Positions 41,101 to 51,219 of a stretch of DNA of 64,000 bases are shown here, in pieces. A model generated the notes under the pieces. The model saw nothing but the letters and a program-made list of their open reading frames with translations, was not told the DNA's origin and ran no database searches. The stretch lies in assembly GCA_964106915.2 (NCBI GenBank), contig OZ066915.1; one strand, 5' to 3'. Numbering within the stretch: position 1 is the stretch's first letter; the number at the start of each line of letters is the position of its first letter. This DNA is from Podarcis gaigeae (lineage: Eukaryota). Both the position numbers and the translations under genes were made by a program.

Positions 41101-44100
41101 GACTGGGTCTCTTTGAACAGGAGCCAACATACTAGTCTACATCACAGCAAAGGACAGGCCTAGGCTCTTAGACCAAGGTCACAGATTAGAAATCACAAGG
41201 TATAATAGAGAGAACCACTTGTAAATAGCTGCAGGATTGAGGCCTTTCATTCATTTCATATATATGAACAATCAAAAAGATGGGTGCTTTTAAAAAAAAA
41301 GGTAACTATGACGGTAGTTAATAATGAAGATCACTTACATTTTGTACTATAGCACTGAAAGCTATTAAATATAAATTGCATGTTCTGTACTTGTCATATA
41401 TGATTTGGGACTTAAAAATGATACTTGATTGACAGGCCAATCTCCCTCTACAAATAAGCTGGATCTTCTCAAACAGCTGTTACACTGTGCCTCATCCAGA
41501 TATAAGCCAGCCTGTGGGTTAAAGCCTCAGCACCTAGGACTTGCCGATCGAAAGGTCGGCGGTTCGAATCCCTGCGGCGGGGTGCGCTCCCGCTGCTCGG
41601 TCCCAGCGCCTGCCAACCTAGCAGTTCGAAAGCACATCAAAGTGCAAGTAGATAAATAGGGACCGCTTTCTAGCGGGAAGGTAAACGGCGTTTCCGTGTG
41701 CAGCTCTGGCTCGCCAGAGCAGCGATGTCACGCTGGCCACGTGACCCGGAAGTGTCTCCGGACAGCGCTGGCCCCTGGCCTCTTGAGTGAGATGGGCGCA
41801 CAACCCCAGAGTCTGTCAAGACTGGCCCGTACGGGCAGGGGTACCTTTACCTTTACCTTTTAAACTGTTAATGATGTAGGTTTCGACAATTTGAGTTTTT
41901 TAAGACTGATGTGACAAAATTCCACAATTCTAAATTGGGGCAACAATAACTTCCCTGTCTGAAATAAAAAGTAATCAGTACCATGACCTCAATGAACATT
42001 TTAATGTAACTCCAAGATCTGATATCATAATCAGAATTTTAAATGATCAAAACATATCAGAGAGCAATCTCGAAATCAGAGTGAAATGTAACCTTATGAA
42101 GAAAAACATGGACATTCACTATAAATGTGCATCCTGGAACAAAAAAACTAGATTCAAATTCAATGGGAAATGGTTAAGCTTGTATGTTTACCAACATGAA
42201 CAGACATTGACTGATTTGATCAGCACTTAGATCTTAGGTCAGAACTAATCTCAAAACTAGTACAAATTTGAAAGCATCCAAGAAGTCAGCTTCTTTCTAT
42301 TTGTTTCTTTCATTCTAGTAGCTGAAATACTTGTTTATGCAGTCAGGAATTCAAAAAGCACAAACATTTAAGTGGGAATCTGTCCTGCAAGTTTGCTTTC
42401 ACAACAACACTGACTCCATAAATGCTGAAGCAGTCAAGACTCTCCCAGAAAGGCATATGCAAATGTGGAAGGGTTAAGAGATGAGAACGCTAAATAAAAC
42501 AGCTTTATTTAGAGACAAAATCCAAAATTAGGCAACGCATGTGGAAAAGCCTATTACTCTTTTAATTTTCTTCACTACGGTATGCTACAAAGTATGTTCC
42601 GTCTGATGTGGGAACCTTTAATGCGTTCAGAAAAAGAGCTGAGCAGCATAAAAAAGAGCATTCTTCATTATTAGATAGTGAGTACTCCATGAAACACTAA
42701 CACTCCAAAGCCAAACAGCAGTAGATAATGACAAATAACAACTTCATTTTTTTGCCCAGCGCAGCATATCTTTAGCAAGCAGCTCTTTCTCTGAGGACGC
42801 CATTTTATCAAACCTGAAAGGCAGCCAAAAGCTTAGGACGCTGTGCTGCTGCTGCTGTCTCTGAAACATTATGTAATAAACTGATTTAGCAGAAGCAGAT
42901 GCCATTTGCCCCCTTCCCCCCCTTGCTGCTCTATAGGGGCCAACGAGTAATGAAATACCTGAGAAAAGGTGCTGCCCAACCATCCTAGGAGACGCTACAT
43001 TGTGTGCAGAGCTGTCTCCCCTCCTGCATCTAGGTTCGCCTGGGCTCTCGGCTTCAATATGTCGGCTGTGTACAGAGTGAGCCTCATCCTGTAGAGCTGC
43101 CAAGAAAATCGCTCAGTGCAAGTGTGCGCCCAGACAACCTGCAAGCTTGCTCAGGCCCTAGCTGTGCTGGCTTTGGAAATGCCCTTTCCATACAGGGAGA
43201 CTCCTACCCCCACCTCCAGCAGCACACAGCCCCCTTAACTCTGGGTAAGGTATCAACAGATGAGGATTTTAAAGCTTTGATTATCTAATTGCAGCTGACA
43301 CTAAACCGATCTTCCTTCCTCTTTAAATTCTTTCAACTGTCACAAAACATTTTCACTTCGAGACCTAGCCACAATTAGCACGGTGGCTGCTTTTCTTCTG
43401 GTTTTTGAAAGTCAGCCAAAAGAACAGCCGCATATTGCCGATTGGCTGCATGCAAATACATTCCTGCCTCCTTCATGTTTCCATCCTCTTCTTTCCTTCT
43501 CTAAACAGCAGTGCTACACACACTTGGCATACCAGCACTAACTACAATACTGGGGACAAACCTTATATAGAACCTGGCAAGCCTCCAGGTGCTTAATTAC
43601 TTCTCTGCCTTTATCGCGAAAGCTGAAAACATGCAAGTCTATTAAAAATCACAGCTTCTATTTGTGAGCGTACAGCACTGTCACTGTGTGCCCAAACAAT
43701 ACATTATAGGCTGTAAGTGCTTTTCCCTCTCACAATTTCAAAGCATGGAATGGCAGAGGGAACTCTTTTACTGCTGCTTAAAGTTCACTGTCAGCGTTCC
43801 TAGATTTTGAGAGCAAATCAGGTGATTTATAGCATACAAGCTATGAATTATGGTGCCATCCATCTATCCAGACTTTAAGACTATAAAATCGACCACCAAT
43901 AGGGATTACTACTAATAATATAGTTGTCCTAGCATAGGATAAGTACTCCCAGAAGTAACTAAAATATGCATCAACTTGCCACAGCAGATCTCATAGGAGA
44001 AGAATCAGCTGCAATTATTCAGAAACAAAAAAGTTAAAATGCACACAAAACATTATCTAGCTCCTAAAAATATACACATAAAACTGCACCAAGCATATGA

Positions 44101-47100
44101 AGGAACATAGCCAACATTCTGTGAATTTAAGATATATATACTGTAAATTTAAAAAGTAAGTTTCTAGCCCATAAGAGTTATATGCTAGGCTCAAAAATGA
44201 GCAGGCTTTGCTAATGGAAGTAGCCAGAGGAGCTGCTGAGAAAGGAGAAATATTTCCACTGGCCAGAACTTCAAATGTCCTGCAGTCTTCAGCATGCAAG
44301 GGTTCATTGACCTGCACAGTGGACTGACCTCTGTGTAACTGAAAAAAGCATGTAAAATTAAAAATGCAAATGTGCTTAGTCTGCATGAATTTGCCTGCAA
44401 ACTTCTACATCCTGAAGCCTATATACATTTAGGTTACTTTGGCACCATTTTTAAATGCAGGGTATACATGGCCAACAATCTCTTTTATTAAATGACACTG
44501 TATCACTGATGTCTCTTTGAACATTTAGTCACAAGCAGCTGCCACCAATTCCTCAGTCGTTGCAACTGCTTTACTTTCTCTTAAGAATTTATATTTTTGG
44601 GTTTCAGTATTTTCTTTAATTTTTTTTGCTCTCATTTTGCAAATTATTGGATTCTCTTTTCTATAAAATTTATTTTTCTTTTAAAAGTATTTCTGTACCA
44701 CCTTCTCATAATCTAACAATATTAAAAAATTATAAAACATTAAAAAAACCCAGATCAAATACTGCATAGGCCTGTCAGTGTAAGAAAGTCTTCAAGAGAC
44801 ACCTGAAAGCCTAAAGCAAGGATGCCTGCAGATGCCCACAGGATGGGCTGGTGACACTGAATATCACCTTGAACCACTGGGTTGGTGGCTTGTTAGGTTT
44901 CCCCATCCCAAGGCTGTCAATGTGTGTAAATGACTAATCGAAGGAGGGAGGTGCAAATATATCAGATATGTCAACATATCTGCTACAAAGTAGTGTTAGA
45001 AACAGGGATAGAATATCTAGGAGCCAAATGGCTTCTGGGACCTGGGTTGTGGGCGCCAAAACAGAATGTCTAGACGCCAGGGGGAGGGGGTCAGCAACAC
45101 TTCTTATTTATTATTTTGATAAGCATGAATTAATATGCAATTCACATAAGTGACACATTGTTAATATCACATTTTTAGCAGAAATTGTTAGTACATGTTT
45201 AATTTGGTGTTTAAAATAAAAGTATTGGTACCGTACTTCAGTTTTCAAAACACTCTACTCTTTATTGTTAAACTCCTTAACATATTGTCTATCCTTAACA
45301 TATACTTTGAGGCTTCAAAGCACATATATTTCAGTAATCCTTGAGTGACAACCAGGCGCAAAAAAATGGCACTCAGACTTTTTGAGGTGCTCGCAAATGG
45401 AGAATCTTTGGGTGCAAAATGCTCCCTGCTAATTTCGAGCCCTGCTACAAATATATCAAATATGTATTTTTAATTTTTAAAAATCCACTATGGTGTGTTC
45501 AAAGTACTATTTACAAGTTAGTTTCTAACAATTGCTAAATACTGAAAAGCCAGACATTAGTTTATGAGGAAATAAAATTACTTCTGCCCTATTAACCAAC
45601 ATCTGTCTTCCTTTTCCATCCCAAAGGTGTCCTGAATTGAGCTATAGTTGTCAGGCATCCTATGGGGATGGGATGGGCATTTAAGAATATATTTCACTCC
45701 AGAATGTATATCTGGGAAGAGTTATACTCTGCACTTGTAGCTACTTGGTTGTCCTTTAAACATGGTAGACTTCAAAGGTATTTAAAATGTGTTCCAAACT
45801 ATTCCAATTACTCACAGACATACTAGATAGAGAGATCAGCTGTTGGCAGGATCTTGCCAATGTTGGAAGACTCCCAAGCACCTGGTAGCCAAGCACCTAC
45901 AAATTTAAGTCTGGCATTTAAAACCATGACAAAGGCAACCCCAAAATGTGATGCTGGCCCTAGGAATTAAAACCACTTTTCCAGTCTTGCACCCAACCTC
46001 CTCTATGCCACTAAGTAATGGGTGCAGCAATTACTAATGCTGTTTTCCATTTTTTTCATTTGTTGCTGTTATATCCTGACTTTCTTCCATCATAGAACCA
46101 AAGGTGGTGTACATGTAGTTTATTACAGATTATCAATTTAAAGCTATTCTTTTCTTCAAGCCCTGCAGAAAAGATTTTTCTTTTTGCAAAACAAGTGTTA
46201 CAACTCTCCAGTTATATTACTTTCTCAGATGTCTGGAATTTTTTAAAGGCAAGTCTCAAGCAGAAAGTAAAAGCAGTGTTATCTTTTTGGTCAAGTTACA
46301 ATTGCAATAATCTTCTAAGCACACAAAAATGGTAATTTTACTATTTAATATAATTTTACATGGAAATATTGTATACCACACAGAGGGTATTTTTTTAAAA
46401 AAATATATAAATGCATTTAAATAAATAAAATAATGTGGCCACTTCTAACAGAGTATCATAATGCTTAGGACAACATATATGTGTATATGTAACTTGAAAC
46501 AAACATGTGCATACATTTTAGGAGATACATTAAAATCAGCTTTCTGCTTAGAAATTCATCTATTTATTTGGAATTGTCATTTGAAATCCTAAACTTGTTT
46601 TACACGATAGGCACCTTCCTCTCCACAGCAAGTAAGTGTTATGTCACAAACATCCCAAAGGAAGATTAGGACTTCAAGTGGGACATAAGCAGCAGGAAGA
46701 GCAGGTCAGCTTCCAACCCAGTCAAAACCGATTAGCCATGCTAAAAATATACAAAAACTCCATTGTAAGGCGGCAAAGGTTACTGATTACATAGTACACT
46801 TTTCACAACCTCCCAAATGCCAAGTTTAGCCAACTACCAAAGTGGTGCTCTTCTTCCTTAACCTCGAGACAAACATTTTAAGGCTCAGCTATTATTAGAT
46901 GCAAAGGCCATGTCCCACACTCTCCTTCTGACTGTTCTGAACCCCTTTCTCCATGTAGCCAAACTTTCATGATATGATAGCCTTGAAGAATTCTCATTCA
47001 GTTTCCAGTATACCCCACTGGGTAGTGGGTTAATTTGTCCACTCTCCTCCCTCTCCCCCATTGAGAAATAAAATTATATTAGCACACATTTCAATGTTCG

Positions 47101-50100
47101 GCTCAGGGACAAAATCTGTTAAGCAAACTAGTACTTAAATTTCATGTTTTTATGATGATGAAAAGTGTACTAAGCACTTAATGTATTTTGGGAACGTAAT
47201 GTAGGAACATATTATAATACAAGAAACATATTCTGGCAACCAGTGGACGATATCCAGTATTAGTCATACTCAGAATAGAACAACTGAAATCAATGGAATT
47301 ATGTAACTTAAGCACCTTGATTTCAATGGGTCTACTCCAAATATGGCTTAATTAGCTATCACTCAGAAATTTCTAAATACCAGGGGTCTGAATTTCAATA
47401 AGTATCATATAACAGGTACAGCAAGTAACAAGGTTTTAAAAAGGGATATTAACGAATATATCAGAACCTACAGAATTCTGGGGAAATTCTCCTTTCATTC
47501 TTTGTGAACTTTGGACTAAACTGCATTTATAGGAATATTTTTCATAGTTTTAGACCTCAAGATACTCAAGGCAATGCAATCATTTGTAATTCAGTGAAGT
47601 CTGAATGTTTAAGCTAGCATCCAGTTTTAACAAGGTCTCATAAATTATATGCAGAGGTGTATCTAAAATAGTGGTCACAGATATGTCACCCTTCTTTAAG
47701 AAATTAAATAGCATGTATAAGTCTACTTCTCTTTAAATGCTAAGTTATTGTTTAGGCATTGCACAAAAGTGGTTGTCCTTATATTTTGGAATGTGTGTAA
47801 CTTTCCACTTCAATAAAGGTAAAGGTACCCCTGCCCATACGGGCCAGTCGTGTCCGACTCTAGGGTTGTGCGCTCATCTCACTCTAGAGGCCGGGAGCCA
47901 GCGCTGTCTGGAGACACTTCTGGGTCATGTGGCCAGCGTGACGAAGCTGCTCTGGCGAGCCAGCACCAGCGCCGCACACGTAAACACCGTTTACCTTCCT
48001 GCTGGAGCGGTACCTATTTATCTACTTGCACTTAGGGGTGCTTTCGAACTGCTAGGTGGGCAGGAGCTGGGACCGAACGACGGGAGCTCACCCCGCCGCG
48101 GGGATTCGAACCGCCGACCTTGTGATCAGCAAGTCCTAGGCACTGAGGTTTTACCTACAGCGCCACCCGCGTCCCTTCCACTTCAATACCCACCTTTAAT
48201 TTTCACTCTAGTTTGAGAGTTTTCCAAAACACATCTGCTTTTCAATATCGTCAGCTATACTACATTAAACTATGCTTTTAATTAGCAAAATATGGAACAA
48301 TAATGCTCAAAAATGGTCTGAAAGCACTCAACAGTTCTACTGCTGAAGAAATGAAAGTAAGCTGCCTGGATCAGAAATCACCTGGCAACCATATGTAAAG
48401 TGCTCTGATAGAGTAGGGTATAAATAGTTTAGTAATAATAATGTTTTAACAAATATGGCATTTATTTGCATACATATTTTATGTATTAGGTAACTGATTA
48501 CTGCAAAGGCCCATGGAAATTTATGTTGTATCTTAGCAATTTTATTATTCATTCAGTTTAAAGATATACTGGAAAGCATAAAACTCATCCAATTCCATTA
48601 CTTCTCCTTCCTGTCATCTTTCCTTCAAGTGTACATTTGGTGCTAGCATTCTCGTTGGTTCTCCACTTACATATTTAGATTTCAACAGCATCAGCACTTA
48701 GAAAATCTATCCAAGGCCCTCTGCCAAAAGTGGAGGTCTTCTCCAGACATTCAAACCTTTGATGTGCAACCAAGAAACTAAAATCATTTTGTTTTAAGAT
48801 TGAGCAGAATGTGCTTCAAAACCATATGAAACCTGATGGCAGATTTATTTTCCTATCTTATTAAAGTATTTTACTGCTATTGTTTTCATATGTTCCCCAC
48901 CCAGAAATATCAAGGATAGGCAGAATTAAAAATCTAAATAAAGGACAAGGCAGAATCACACTGCTATAAGTGAGAATGCATTCTAAATCCAGCCTATTTC
49001 AATCAAACCCCTAAGGTTGATGCATAACTCCACATGAACTAATCCACTAGGAAGAATAAAATAAAGCAATTTGCATAGAGGCTGCAGCATAACTGTCTTT
49101 CAAGAATAAACATATTAAAATACATAGGGTTGCACCCAAATGCTGTTGAGTATGCCTTCCTGTCCTGTCCTCTATAGTCCCCCACACCCCAAAAAATCTG
49201 CTCCAGAGGGTTAGGGGGCAGGCCTCCAGAGCATATTTGGGAGTTCACAATGCAGTCCCATTGCACAAGTGCAGCTTCACTCGCACAGCACTGGATACAA
49301 CACATGTATTTTCAATTAAAGATCTCATATTAGCTGGTAACAATTTGATGAAATGTTACCACCACACTAAAACCAGCATTTAAGGTCTAGGACATCAGAC
49401 CTTTGAGAAAAACAAACAAAGGAATGTTAAGAATTTAAGGAATGTTTCAGCATTCAGCATACCTAGAAAAGATTATTTTGCCAGCCTTAAGACTGCATAG
49501 CCAGGAAGCACAAAAACAATACAAGAAGGCACAAGAGCTGGAGGAAATGGGGTAAGACTTCAACTCCAATAAGAAGGATGTTGGCACTTTTTGCTTACAA
49601 GGATTCTTAAACTGCTACAAGCAATAATCAAGTGCCGGCCAATTTTTCTATCACTGTTAAGCGTATTAAGGCATACAAATGAAAGAAAAATGGGAATCAG
49701 GGCTCAATTAGATTCAAACCTCACCATGATTTAGCCCTTGAAACTGTTTTTTGATTTTGACTTTACTGCTCAGGTTCCGTCCTGTTGTTCATGAATGCTT
49801 TCCTCCTCATGTCTGAAGAACCATAGTCTGATCCCAATGAATGTGTTTCAGAGGACACAGAACTTTCAGTTTCAGAGGACACAGAACTTCAGCACTGCCC
49901 CCTCTGAGTCATAACCATTTAGATTGGGGGAAATGCAAAATAGTTTTCTAATCACAATAATCAATAAAGTGGATTTTTTTAAAAATACACCTGAAGCATT
50001 TATCCATTTGTTTTTGGATAAGGGATTGGAAAGATTTGCACTCAGTGTATCTTGAACTCCTTCTTACAAAAGAATGCCTCCTTCCATTTACTTACTCCAA

Positions 50101-51180
50101 ATAAGCCTTGCATTTCATTCATACTGCCTGGATCAGCTTTGGTAGACCCCTTTTAGCCTCATCTTTCCTCAGGCTATTATTGGGAAGGAATATATTCTGA
50201 GATCCACAAGTAATTCTTCTCAGCTATGATATAAGCTGGCCTAAAGCCCATTAACTCTCACAGGACTAGCTCATCCTGCTACAATATCATATCATGCATT
50301 TATAGCAGGAACAGTTGCCAACTCTCATGGTTTCTTAAAGTAACAGCTGCTGAATTTTTCAGCTGACTTAAACAAACAATAAGTTCCAACTCAGATTTTG
50401 AGAAATAAATTGTGTCAACGTTCTGTATAAATTATTTTATTCAAACCAATACAGAAATACTGTATTCCCACTCACTGAAACTTATGCTCCAACCCTAGCT
50501 CAGCCCATTTCATCAACCACACTTTCTCAGTATATAACGAAACAAAGTGGACTGCACAGCACTAGAAAGGGCCTTCAAGAGCAGTTGTGTCTCACCATTC
50601 CATAACGAAACTACGGCCTTGACAGGATCACCTATTCTATCCACTGAAAAATCCCCACAGCAGTTAGGAATCTATCAGATTCCATCAGGTGGACCATCCT
50701 AACTGGTTCCCCACCCTTGCAGGGTAGAATTGTCGTTGCAAGTCCATATCTCACAAAGAAGTGGTCTGACCATGATAATGGAGTGATATTCACCATCCTT
50801 TATTTCCAGACCACTCCTCTCCTCACATGAAGTGAAGACTAAATCAAGATTATGCCCTGTTCTGTGCCTTGGACCAATGACTATCTGAAAAAGGCCTATG
50901 GTTGCCCTGAACTCCCGAGCTGAACATAAGAAATCCTCACCATGCATGCTGAAGTCACCCAAACCACCTCTCTGGGTTCCTCCAACAAGACAACCTCAGC
51001 CAGTTCGGTCAGGGAGGCTGTTGAAAAACAAGACTATCAATTTCTACCAGCCATGATGGCTGCATACTACCTCCACAATCAGAAACCATATGCCTTTGGA
51101 TACCAGTTACTGGATATCAAAGGTGGGGAAAGTATACTCTATCTACCTACCTCCCTGCCTGCCTGCCTATCATCTGTCTG

Positions 51181-51219
<39 letters not shown>

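Noticed and set aside
42744-43103. 119-aa ORF as a TNRC6C coding exon or microprotein
   Set aside because: No similarity to TNRC6 proteins and no clear splice sites; retained only as a possible regulatory region.
49845-49892. Short tandem duplication tttcagaggacacagaactt (also gtggctgcacactttgg x2 near 23912-23946)
   Set aside because: Ordinary slippage duplications with no functional indication.
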